This document shows, piece after piece, positions 47,223 to 64,000 of a stretch of 64,000 nt of DNA. The translations under genes were made by a program, and so were the position numbers. The notes below the pieces were generated by a model that searched no databases, was not told the DNA's origin, and worked only from the letters and a program-made list of their open reading frames with translations. Numbering within the stretch: position 1 is the stretch's first letter; each line of letters starts with the position of its first letter. This stretch comes from the human T2T-CHM13v2.0 reference genome, Homo sapiens: NCBI RefSeq assembly GCF_009914755.1, contig NC_060944.1. One strand, written 5' to 3'.

Positions 47223-49206
47223 ATTTCCTAGACTAACTCCCACATTGCATCTATCATTTTCTTCATGTCTGCACTAGTAATTGTGTAAATTATAGCACAT
47301 TGTTTTGTTTATATACATATACATATGTGGGTGTGTGGTGGTGGTGAATGTGTGTATCTATAGGTATGTGTGTGGAATGTATATAAATCTTCTTTATTGT
47401 TTGAAGTGCTCATGTGTAAATGTTTTTGCCTTCAACTTCATTAAAATTTTTTGAGGGCAGAATATTTTAAAGTCTTCAATAACAATCATTATATTACTTT
47501 AAACGAGATCAGATAAAAAAGGACATAAATAAAGTCTACTGAGTTATAAAAGGAGTAAACCGAATTTCACATCATTTACATGAGGCAATTAAAAGATCAG
47601 CATTTAAAAAGCTATACTCTAAGGTAAATAAATCAGTACCTGAAGGCAAATGGTAAGGAAATATTTAGTTAACAGAAAGAAGTCAGTTTATCTCAAAAGC
47701 CGTCTTCCCTGAAATTCGGGCCTGCATTGCTTTGCTTAAGTAACAGCAAATATGAATGGGAAGTTGAGTGGATGCTCAGAATTATTTAAATTTTTTCAAG
47801 CTTTTTTCAAGCACTCCGTTTAGTGAACCAGGCTGAGTAGGAAAATCTCTCCTCTCCATGAACTTGTTTAATTGCAGAAAAGCTACAGAAGGAAAGGTTC
47901 CTGGCCAGAAGGAGAGAGTGCATCTTGCTCCTCTAAGGATGACAGTCGATGAGGGAATCCAGGGTCCTTGCCTGTCACACATTCCTCTGAGCTCTGGGCA
48001 CTGTGCTAGGACCGGGACTGGCTGCCTTTGTTCCTTTGGGGCATGGCCAGGCCATCTGGTATTCCGGGCTACCAGATAAGTCGCCCTGTTCTGCATCCCA
48101 GAGGGAGAGTTGAGCTCTGCACCAAGCACTTAGGGACAGAGCAGTGGTCTGAGCTCAGCCACTTTTGTTCCCACGACTGGTATCATCTGGTGACATCAGA
48201 TGCTGCACAATCCATGTCGACTGCAGACCACTAGGCAAAATGGGTTACAGAATTAATGCACTGAGTGCTCCAGCGATTATAACACTGAACATAAGAGATC
48301 CCCATTTCTTCCAGGTAAATTCTTGTTTCAATTAACTAAAATTTGAGTGAATTCATAAGTGACTAGTTCCTCATGACGCCATCGCACCAAAACTAAATTA
48401 AAGGATTAATCCTCAATTTCCACATTAGTAACTTAAATATTAGAGCATGAAAAGATTTGTAATTCTCATTACAGATCACTGGCTCCTTCTTCAGAAAAAT
48501 TGGACTAATTAGATCTAACTTAATTCCTCACAGTTATGTCCCTACTTTAATTGGAATTACATTAAATATTGATAGTAAATTAAAGAATATTTTCATGGAT
48601 AGAATTTCTAATCTACCAATTAGGAGACCATGAGCTCTCTCTCTCTCTCTCTCCATTTATCTAAATCTTTCTTCATTTCTCCTATTAGGGTTATATAATT
48701 TTGAACGGCTCTTATGTTTATTGAATTATGTAATTCTCATCTATTTAATTTTTGTAGCTGTTATGATAGAGGAAGATAATGAGTTTCTGTTCCATTACTA
48801 ACATTAAATAATGCTGTTGATTTTTACGTTTATAGGTAACATCCTATAATCTTGCTGAACTTAACTATTTTCTTAAATAAATTTTTGTTGATTTTTGCCA
48901 AATTCAAGGTATATAATCACATTATTATAAAAAGCAACAAAAATGCATCAGAGTCTTAGTGACAAGTATTAATTTTAGAGGAATGGGAAGATATTGAAAG
49001 AGCCTCATCCTGGCCACTGCGCCATTGTATTAACTACCATTTATTGTATATCATGTGCAGACACCTCCCCTAAAGCTTTATCTATATAATTTCCATACAA
49101 CACTGCTGTAAGATGGGTACTGTAATGATCCCCATTTTGCAGATATGTGTGGAAACTAAGCCTCAGAGAGATTAAGTAACACTGAACATCACACACCGCC
49201 CCCCCC

Positions 49207-49208
<2 letters not shown>

Positions 49209-49250
<42 letters not shown>
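49209..49250. repeat. (CA)n microsatellite
   Basis: About 21 CA units. Confidence 0.95.
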
Positions 49251-49254
<4 letters not shown>

Positions 49255-52200
49255 GAATTACACAGCTTGGGTTTTAACCCAGCTCAGTGTGAGCCCAGAA
49301 TCTGTTCATGTAATAGCAGCAAAAAGGAAATAATATACTTGAGAATTAACTCAATACACATGAACTATTCAAAGAAAATTAAAATACCTCCAGGGAAAAT
49401 AAAGGCTCTGAGAAATCCACAGGGAAGCATTATCTCTTTCTTAATCTTCACTAATTTCACAAATGAGAAATAGTCTCTTGTTGTCAGTTTAATTTGCGTT
49501 TTTGTTACTAGGAAGTTTCAACATTTTCAAATTAATCACATGTCTTTTCTATCCTGTGTTTTTTCTATTCAAAATTTCTAATTTCACCATTGGGATACTA
49601 GAGTTTTTATTGCTGTATTTAAATTCATTATAAGTTAAGTATATTATCTTTTATAAATTCTTAGCAAATGATAAGCCAAGCTTTTGCTTTGCTTTTTAAT
49701 TGTTTATTATATATGCTGATATACAGATAACTATTTTTAATATAATTAAATTTGTCAACCTTTTTCTCCTTGATTCTTTCTTTTTTCTCTTTCTTTTTTC
49801 TTTCCTTTCTTCCTTTCCCTCTCTTTTTCTTTCTCCATCCTTCTTTCCTTTCTTTCTTCCCCTCCCCTGTCTCCTTTCCTTTCCTTTCTTGTGGGAGTGA
49901 ATGTTGAGAATTATCTTCTCAATCCAGAGATAAGACAGACATACGCCTATATTTTCATCTGGTTTCACTATTTATTGACTTAACTATAATATATCTGAAA
50001 CATATTTTGAGTGGAGGGGACAAGAAAAAGAAAGTAATTTATTCAGCTGGCTAAAACAGTCACTTCACAAAAATCAGAGGGTTTTTTAATTAAAAAATTA
50101 TCCTCAGATTTTAGTTAAAAAACAAAAACATATCTTCTCTCATTGGAAGGCTATTTCCATCTTCTTTTAACATGAAGTAACTTTTGCTAGTTACATTCTG
50201 ACTTCTTTTTAAACAGATTCTGCAATAAGTAAGTCTAAGATCAGTCATACTACATTGCATAGGATATTGTGAACTAAGCTTGCATTTGTTTTGTGTCTTG
50301 AGGAAGAGAGATATGGCCTGGTTAATTAATTAATTTACCCAATCAAGTTTAAGAGTGATGTTAATTTTAATAAGACTGTTACTTTTTGTACTTTCTAAAA
50401 ATTAAAGTATGATCTACGTACTATAAGGTTCATACATATTCAAGGTTCATCCATGTTGTAACCCATATCAGTAATTCAGTCCTTTTTATAACTACATATA
50501 TATTTCATTGTATGGACATACCCTATTCTGTTTGTCCATTCATTAATTTATAGACATTTGGATTGGGTCCACTTTTTGGCTATTATGAATAATGCTGTGT
50601 GACCCTGGGAGGATCGTGTGTGGCTGTAGCCACTCCCTTTATCACTGGGATTCATGCTGGGGGCTGGAGCTGGCTGCTTCCAGTCAGGTCTCTTTCCCGC
50701 ATGGCTACAGGAAATCATACTCCCAACTGTGGTGAAATCTAAACCAATGGCCTGGATGAGTCTTTTGCAGACAGGTTTGGCACTGTTTGGATAGCTTGGC
50801 AAGTCTCTGCACACCTGCACTCCGGCGTCTATTTCTCTAGTGTGGGAAGTAACTCTGGGTGCAGGGCTGGTGCTGAGGGTACCACCGCCTCCCCACACAC
50901 TGGGGTCCCCGAGACTTCACCCGAGCCTCCTCTCCAGCCCCCAAACCTCCACCCAGTGGCCTGACAACACCAGCTTGTCAGCCTGGATGGCCCGGGAGGC
51001 CTCTAGGATCATTTTAAATCCATCCATGAGTGGACCAACCTGATGATTGGGAACAGGATTCCAGCAGGACTGTTGGGTGAGATTGTTTCTGCAGTGGGAG
51101 GAGCACAAATCAGAGTCTGCGCAGCCCCAGTGCTCAGCGCCTCATGGATGTTCCCTGGCATCTGTTACGATCCCCCTGTCAGCTTTAACCTTTGCCTGAC
51201 AACCATGTGGTTTCTAAGGGAGGAACAAAACCGGTGAGAAAAGCTACTGTGCACAAAGTCCCTTTTGTTGGTACGCAATTGCATAAATACTTGAGAAGGA
51301 AAATGAATAAAGGCCAGGATGGGACCTCCCTCCTCATGGCAGTGAGAATAACTTGCCCTTGGGCATGCCCTGGAACCTGCCTACAGCTTTCATGGGCTAG
51401 ATCCGCCGTATCATACCAGCCACAGTGTGGCGACTGAGCAGGACCTGCTGCCCACATTTTGCAGATGAAGACATGGAAACTCGATGAGGTTCCATAACCC
51501 AGCCAAAGTCACAAAACCACCTAAGTGATGGAGTTCACCATGTCTCTGGGTCCCTGGCTTAATGCTTTTCTCTACCAGGGGCTATTTACCCACTCAGAGT
51601 CTGTTCTGTCTTAAGAGAATTGCTTGGCTAGAGAAGATCCTTTCCTTCCTTCTCTCTACCACCTCCCCCTGGAGGATCTAGTTCCACCCTTACCTCTGGT
51701 TTCTCTCCTGGGCCTTTCTTCTTGCACCTTTGCAACCCTGTACCCCTTCCCTCTCCACTTTTCTTTGTGCAATATGGCTAGCAAGGTCCTCCCCTTTCCC
51801 ACTCACCCTCTGAATGAATCCTATCTAAAACACTTGGCTTCAAATCCAATGGGACATTTGAAATGTACAGTACTGACATGTTTAAAGTGAGAGTAAGCAG
51901 TATCTTTAAATCAAAAGTGCTTCTGTAAATGCAAAATTGAAACCCGCCTTTCCTGCAGCAGTAAAGCCTTAGAACTGCAAAGAATTTGAAAGAGTAGCTA
52001 TTTATAAAAAATATGTTAATACATGTATTTGAGGACAATTGCCTAAAATTAATATACCAAATGATAACAGTGGTTACTTCGAGGTGGCAAGATTATCAAT
52101 GTTTTTGATATTCTTCTTCCAGCTTTATTGTATTCCCTACAATGAGTAGTTATTATTTCTATAATCAAGGAAAAAGCTGAACACTTTTAGTTTTAGCCAA

Positions 52201-53111
52201 CTCCAACCTCAAATTTCACAAACAGAGAAACAGAAACTTGGAGAGAACATTCCTGGTCACACAAAGGTTTGCCAGTGGAAGTGGGTGAGTCTGGGTCTCA
52301 GGGTTTCCTTCCCCACTCCTTTTCCCTGGTGCCACACCTTGGTAAGACAGTGGCCACGCTCAGCACTGCATACTTGGGCAGCAGTTTGCGGTTGGTTGGT
52401 TGTCTATCCTTACAAGGTGCCTGATTTTCACCAGCGTGACCGTGAGCAGGCAACTTGGGGAAACACAAGTTAAAAGAAAGAGTTGTTCTTATGTTCTTTT
52501 TTAAAGCGCAAACACACATTGTCATTTCCTTTCCATAGAGAGCCCTTCCCCACAGTTTATAGGAATGCCTTATCATTGTTGACATAGCCTGTTCATGGGC
52601 TTCTGTCAAGGGTAAGTCCCCATGCCCCTTAGCCAACCAGAAACCACTTCTGTTAATTGAGGAATTGTCTTTACATGCCCTTACGTTCAGTCACGCCTTG
52701 AAGTGCTGGGAGAACATCTTCATCCAGGATGGGCAGTGAGAGACAAAGCCTTGAATCCACACAGTTCCATTTCCTGGGGACCCGTAGAGCATTTTTCATG
52801 CATGTTCCACAAGCTCCTTTCATGGGCACCTCATTATGCTCAGAGTTATCCAGAGCAATTGATGAACAAATGTCTTTTCTTTCTAGGAACTCACAGATTT
52901 CAAATCTTGAAAACTGGTTAAGAGAGTTTGTTGTTGAGAGATGAGACATAACCCACATGTAAGAACGTTTCCATCATCTCCAGTGTGGACTTTTGTCTCA
53001 CTTTTCTCTTTTTTCTTCGGCCTCTCTTATTCTCCAAAAGTTATCTGTTCTTTAGGGAACATTTGATCCTATGGGTCATTTTCAATCCCTCGTTAACTAC
53101 CCGGCAAGGAC

Positions 53112-53318
53112 TTTATTTTCTTTTAGAGATAGGGTCTCACTATGTTGCCAAGAGTGAGAGTGAGAGTGGCTATTCACAGATGTGAACATAGCACATTGCA
53201 GCCTCAAACTCTTGGCCTCAAGTGTTCCTTCCACCCCAGCCTCCCAAGGACAGTAAAATCCTTTTGAAAAAATCCTTAGCCGAGTGAGGTGGCTACAGGC
53301 GTGAGCCACCACACTCGG
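53112..53318 (-). mobile_element. Old Alu monomer (FAM/FLAM-like), rearranged
   Basis: gagatagggtctcactatgttgcc...cctcccaa...acaggcgtgagccacc. Confidence 0.7.
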
Positions 53319-53771
53319 TGAAGGGTTTTTTCAAAAGGACTTTACTGTGATTTTTTTGGCAGTGCTGGCTTGAACATGAATTGGCTTTTGTTCTTTCAGT
53401 TCTATTGAAGTGAATTAAATCTATAACCTCACCTGGAGTTGGGAGTAACAAACGCAGCCCCATAGATTTTGCCAGCTTATGGAATTAAAAAGGCCACCAT
53501 TGAAATGACGATCTGAACCATAAAGGCAGAGTCTCCTCTTTCCCTGCTATAAAGTGTTCATGTTTATTTGGGGGATGATCCAGGCATCCACACTGTAAAG
53601 GGGCTTATCATGTGACAAAAGTGACCTTTTCAAACACTGAAACCTGTGAGAGCATCCCACAGCTGAAAATCAGGGAAGGGAACTGGGACCAATGAGAAAA
53701 AGCATTTAAGGATGCACAGGGCTAGGCTGGCTTGCAGGCAGAACTGCCCTTGTACCTACTCTGTGCAGGTC

Positions 53772-55760
<1,989 letters not shown>

Positions 55761-56612
55761 GACTACCACAATCCACCAGCATGCGCGAATATCAACTGAC
55801 AAGCAATATTGAAAAATATAGTCACTTTTCTTTAATTTCTTTTGAAAAGAACTAATCATATTAGAAGTAAAAAGTTATTCTGAAAAAAAATAACCTTTAG
55901 TCCTCAAAATGATTTCAAATAGAAACTACTGACTTTATAAAGAATACATTTTATCCTTCTATAAAACATGCAATTCTTTGACTCATTAACTATTCATAAC
56001 TTTTAAAAACAACATGATTTGGGCAAATTAACAATCTTTAGAGTACAAATACCTTCAGTGGGGAAGAATAAATCTTTAATTTCAATATGATGGTAAATCA
56101 TATTGAAATCCTCCAGTATGTCAAATTCCAATGCCAAAATAAGGGAGAGTAGCTCTAGAAATGATGTTGGTGGAGTGTTTTTCCAGTTTGGCTGGCAAGA
56201 TTGGAAACAGTTTGTAATTTCAAGCCTGTGCTGTTGGGAGTTCCCTCATTAAACACTTCATTACCTCAGATATGTGAGGGATAAAAAAACATCACTTGCC
56301 TTTGAATCTGGGACCAACTATTCTACTAAGATATAAGCTAAAGGCTCAAAGCCCCTTAAGGTTAAACTGAAACCACTCGAATATAAACATGATAAATAAT
56401 GGTGTTTAATTTTGCTACAATTTTTCCTATTGCCAATAGCATGCAACCATATTGCTTTCAACATTAGCCTATTGTAACTCAGAAAAGTCTTATTGTCCCA
56501 AAGGAATGACTACTGCAGGGGACACAAGCTCAAAAACTAGGTAGTCAAGCAAATGGGTGCATGGCTGGTGTGTGACAGGTGGGAATGGTGGAGAACATGG
56601 CCAACTAGAGAG

Positions 56613-56630
56613 CTGCTGCTGCTGCTGCTG

Positions 56631-56661
<31 letters not shown>

Positions 56662-56790
56662 TTCTTCTTCTTCTTCTTCTTCTTCTTCTTCTTCTTCTTC
56701 TTCTTCTTCCTTCTTCTTCTTCTTCCTCTTCCTCTTCCTCTTCTTCTTCTTCTTCTTCTTCTTCTTCTTCTTCTTCTTCTTCTTCTTCTT
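56613..56790. repeat. (CTG)6 plus interrupted (CTT)~53 trinucleotide repeat
   Basis: Read directly; longest pure run about 23 CTT units at 56640-56708. Confidence 0.97.
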
Positions 56791-58913
<2,123 letters not shown>

Positions 58914-59609
58914 AGATAGCACCTTCTTCTATGGGCAGGGGCACCAGTTACTCCATCCAGCCTACCATAATTACCTGAGAATACAGGACCTGTGCTCACA
59001 GACCTTTTGATTTTTCAAAAGACAACAGAAATCCAGATTTGTAAGTAGTATCTCTTAATTTTTGAACATTAGCAACTATTCCATTTTTCTTTTGTTTATC
59101 TCTTTTTGTAATATTGGGCAGACCAAAATTAAATTACTGTTTTGCCCTGCAGTCAACATTGTTTTGTCACTGAATAGGATAATGGCACAGCTGAGTTGCT
59201 GAAGATCCTCTTGAGGGATGCTCATTGATTCCTTTTTTGCTTTTTATCCTTCATCTGAAGCATTTAGCATTTGTTTGCAGTTTTCATGTAATTTTTCCCT
59301 TAGTGAAAGTCCAAAGGGTTTTGATGCTCATCAGCTCACTCTACCCTTGCTCATAAAACTGTCAGTTTAGGCCACAGTTCCTTACTCTTCATCCCTGAGA
59401 TATGTTACTACTAAGTGTTGTAGGATTTCTCAGGGTGGTTTTGAAAATTCACATTTTAAAGAATCAGGAAAGCTTATGCATAAACGTGCATGCAGTTAAA
59501 AGGGAGGTGCCTAGACTGGCAGTGGGCTCAACAAGAGGGTAGAGGTGCTGCCACTTCAGCTTCCGGAGACCCAGAGGGGGTTCTAGAAGTGTGGCACCCA
59601 GCACAGTAG

Positions 59610-59892
59610 TCCCAGAATACATGGCACTGTCCAGCACTTGACGTGTGGCTTGTGTGAACTGAGATGTGCAATCAGTGTAAAATACATACCAGATTTAGAA
59701 ACATAATGAAAAAGAGATAAAATATCTCATTTTTGAAATTGGTTACATATTTAAGTGGCATTTTAGATATATTGGGAAATTAAATAGTATTAAAATTAAT
59801 TTTACCTGTCTAATCTTACTTTTTAATCTGGTTACTAGAAAATTTAACATTATGACTGTGAGTCGCATTATATTCTACTGATCAGTTCTGCT
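59610..59892 (-). mobile_element. MER33/MER3-like hAT element
   Basis: Similar to the reverse complement of the element at 5125-5425. Confidence 0.6.
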
Positions 59893-59898
59893 CTAGAA

Positions 59899-60107
59899 CA
59901 GGGAGGGGCCCATAAACTTTTTTCTGTAGAGATCCACAGAGTAACTTTTTTAAGCTCCACAGGCCATATGGTCCTTGTTGCAAACATTCACTCCACCATT
60001 CCAGTACAAAAGCAACCATGGATGAGATGTAAATGAATGAGCAGGGCTGTGTTCCAATAAAACTTTATTTGCTAAAATAGGCAGGGGCCAGATTTGCTGA
60101 CTCCTGC
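59899..60107. mobile_element. MER58A-like hAT element
   Basis: aaactttttctgta...gttccaataaaactttattt...tttgctgactcctg. Confidence 0.7.
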
Positions 60108-60259
60108 TTGATGAGAAAATAAAAGCAAGGGGGAGGGAGGGGACATTGAGGTGTTGGTGGCATTCTGTTTCTTGATCTTAATGCTAGTTAAGTGGTGTAC
60201 TTTTTGAAAATCCATCGAGCTACAGTTATATGATATGTGTACTTTTCATGTACACATTA

Positions 60260-60664
<405 letters not shown>

Positions 60665-60719
60665 TTATTAATCAGTAACAATCCTCTTCCCGGTTTAAGA
60701 ATGAAACAGTTTTTTTTTC

Positions 60720-62161
60720 ACAGTACATAGCAGTTATTTATTTAAATACTTGAAAAGGTTGATGATGGAAAAAATAGGTTTATCGTGAGTTTATATCCAT
60801 TCGATTTATTTTATCATTTAAAAAACTACTGCCTCTAGGTTATTCTAGCCTGACATAGAACACTTTTGACACCTGCAGTTACTGTAATATACTATAATAG
60901 ACACAGCCATTATAGAATGATTTCCACTTGGGAGGAAATTCAACAGTAGTAAGGATGACTCTTTATTTAAACTAAAATCATTTTTCTAATTCTCTACCAT
61001 CAGTCGGCCATTTAGTTGTCCAAACTCATCTGGCTTTCCTCAGGTCTCTGTACATCCATTCCGTACAATGGTCACTACCTTTGTGAGAATTGCACTGGGA
61101 CAAAATTCAAGCTATTGGCCATTTGGGGAGTAGTAAGGGGATAGAATTCACTGGATATCAAAAGCCTAAACTGTATTAAAGTTGTGTAGACTTAAACCAC
61201 CAGATTTTGCAAATTAAAAAAAAAAAATTCTGGTTCCCTGTGAGCTCATCCTGTGCAGAATGAATATGCAGGTTTTACTATTTTGCCATCTGAATATAGA
61301 CAGACAGAAAAGTATGACTTTTCCTTCTAGACCTCGATACTGACCAACTATCAAGACACTTGCTCAGGCCTGCTCAGACAGAAATGAGAAAGCGTGGAAA
61401 CCGGGGCCGAGGTTAGAGAACAGGACAGCCATGGACACAGGCTCCCAAGGTCAGGGCATGGAAGTGCCAGACCCAGCAGGGTCCTGGTAGCTGCGAGAGC
61501 ATCGTTCTACCCCGACTCTGCTCCTGCTCAGCAGCAAAGTTGCAGAGAGAGAGAGCTTCCAGAAGTGGAAAGATTTTTAAATAAGTCTTTTAACTTTTTG
61601 CCTGTGGATACAGCTGCGTTGACACAAAGCCACATTTGAGGCATGATGTCTCGGAAGCCTGGCACCACGGACTGTTTTTCTACTGGGACCCATAATTGCT
61701 GCCTTTTAAGAGGTGTCCTGTGTTCAGTTTTATCAATGTGGTGCTTGAACCGGACTTTCAGCTGACTCCCAAAAGGAAATAGTTTTAAAAGGAAGAATTT
61801 TAAGTCTGCCAAGAGCCAGATAATGGCATAGCACAGAGAAAAGCCAGGGTTTTGTGGTTTGTATATTAAAATACAAGTCTCTTAATGCCTCAAAACAGCA
61901 GCCTCCAGAAAATGGGAAGTTTAATAGATGAGGCTAGAGAAAGCAGTTTTAAAGATCGAAATTTTCCCTCTTTGTTCCTTGTGATTTACCCGAAAGGAAC
62001 AAGTTCCTTTCTCCTGAACCTCCTCCTATGTCTATTTTTGGTTTTATACAAGTGACTGTTCTCATTAAAGTAAATCTCAAAGTGCTCTGAAAATGTCCAT
62101 GCTGGGCTGCCGGCCTCACGCCTGAGGAGCTTTTGGCCTGGACACTCTGCAAAAATGTGTC
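60720..62161 (-). other. Probable terminal exon / 3' UTR of an unidentified minus-strand gene
   Basis: Repeat-free 1.4 kb; minus-strand acceptor ctttgtcctcag|G at 62161; AATAAA at 60742-60737 and near 60965; AU-rich and UGUA motifs. Confidence 0.4.
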
Positions 62162-62562
62162 CTGAGGACAAAGGCCATTAACATTTGGTTAATCTAACAT
62201 CATAAATTACTTTTCCCATAAATTACTATTAACAGACCTCCCTCCATACTTTTTCTGAGTGCTGTCTTGCCGTTTTTAACCTCCCTTACATTTCCACCCT
62301 TTTGCCCAACACAGAATCACATGAGAGCCCCTGGAGGACACGGGGGAGGGGTGGGTTCAGCTGTTGTCCTAGCACAGTCTGCAGCTCCTCCGTGCAGGCT
62401 GTTGTTTTCCCTGACAGTAATCATCTGTCAGGAGAAATGTTACGTATCCCATCATCAGTGTGGACTCTGGCTGGACTCTAGACAATGCACAGAACCATCA
62501 GCCATGGTCCTCACAAACCACTTGGCCACTATTGTCTTCTTACCTTCTGTTTGTAGCAGTCA

Positions 62563-63030
<468 letters not shown>

Positions 63031-63165
63031 GGAGAAAAGGAAGGAAGGAAGGAAGGAAGGAAGGAAGGAAGGAAGGAAGGAAGGAAGGAAGGAGAAAGAA
63101 AGGAAGGAAGGAAGGAAGGAAGGAAGGTAGGAAGGAAGGAAAGAGAAGAGAAGAGAAAGAAAAAG
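63031..63165. repeat. (GGAA)n microsatellite derived from the Alu tail
   Basis: 13 consecutive GGAA units at 63039-63090 plus further interrupted units. Confidence 0.95.
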
Positions 63166-63482
63166 GGCGAATTTGCCTAACCTGCAGTCTGACACTGATC
63201 TCTAGGCATGCTGGGTGCTGGGAACTGGGGTGATGGAGGGGGTCAGTGGCAAAGAGAAAACCTTGGGGCAGGTGAGATGATGCTGGGGAAGGGACCCCAG
63301 TGGTGTGGATGTGACACTAGGCCATAGAGGACTCAATCAATAAGAAAGGAAGGATTTGCAGTGTCAGGGGTTCCAGACACAGGTGAATCTTGAAGCCAGG
63401 TACAGATGAAGGAGATTGGGAAAAGTTTCCAGCCACTGGGTAGGCCAACCCAGGTGCCAGGGACAAAGAACCTTGGTCTTGG

Positions 63483-63760
63483 GGCTGGGCATGATGGCTC
63501 AAGCCTGTAATCCCAGCACTTAAGGAGGCTGAGGCAGGAAGATTGCTTGAGGCCAGAAGTTCTTGAGATCAGCCTGTGCAACATAACGAGACTTCATCTC
63601 TACAAAAACAAAAAATCAGCTGGGCTTGGTGGTGTGTGCCGGTGGTCCCAGCTACTCAGAGGCTAAGGTGGGAAGATCGCTTAAGCCTAGGAGGTCGAGA
63701 ATGCAGTGAGTTATGATTGTGCTACTACACTCCAACCTGGGCAATAGAATAGAACTCTCT
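63483..63760 (+). mobile_element. Alu (AluJ-like)
   Basis: Diverged Alu dimer. Confidence 0.9.
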
Positions 63761-64000
63761 TCTCTTGGGCTCCCAAGAGCTCTAGCGGGGAGTGACCACA
63801 CATGGTTGCTGAGCACTGTGACAGCTGCCATGAGACCGGCTGAAAAGAGGTATTAGTTAGCTATAGTCCCAGTAGAACTACCTAACAAGGCACCCCCAAA
63901 CTCAGAGGTATACAACAACAAGCACTTCTTTCTCACACTTACGTATGCAGGCTGGCTGAAGTCCAGCTGATCTAGGCTGGGCAGGCTGGGCTCATCTGGG

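Overview
Primate genomic DNA (AluJ/S/Y and L1PA elements), mostly intergenic and repeat-rich, with no CpG island and no multi-exon protein-coding gene I can recognise. There are two retrocopies. One is a full-length RPL12 processed copy with an intact ORF (minus strand, 35430-36071, 15-bp TSD). The other is a heavily diverged, GC-rich, disabled CTAGE5/MIA2-like copy (plus strand, about 20288-23095) interrupted by two Alus. The rest is Alu, L1, MIR/L2/CR1, MaLR and ERVL-type solo LTRs, Tigger/MER DNA transposons and microsatellites. The 3' end of an unidentified minus-strand gene probably lies at about 60.7-62.2 kb, and there is a possible promoter or first exon at about 3.9-4.3 kb. The most notable structures are the divergent CTAGE-like retrocopy; a solo MaLR LTR with a destroyed poly(A) signal that supplies the ATG of a 237-codon ORF; an L1 insertion with no tail, no TSD, an inversion and a target deletion; a diverged ~440-bp local duplication carrying SOX/OCT motifs; a 99-nt fold-back hairpin; and a ~53-unit GAA/TTC tract. 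Repeat subfamily names and protein comparisons are from recalled consensus sequences, not from a search, and boundaries are approximate.
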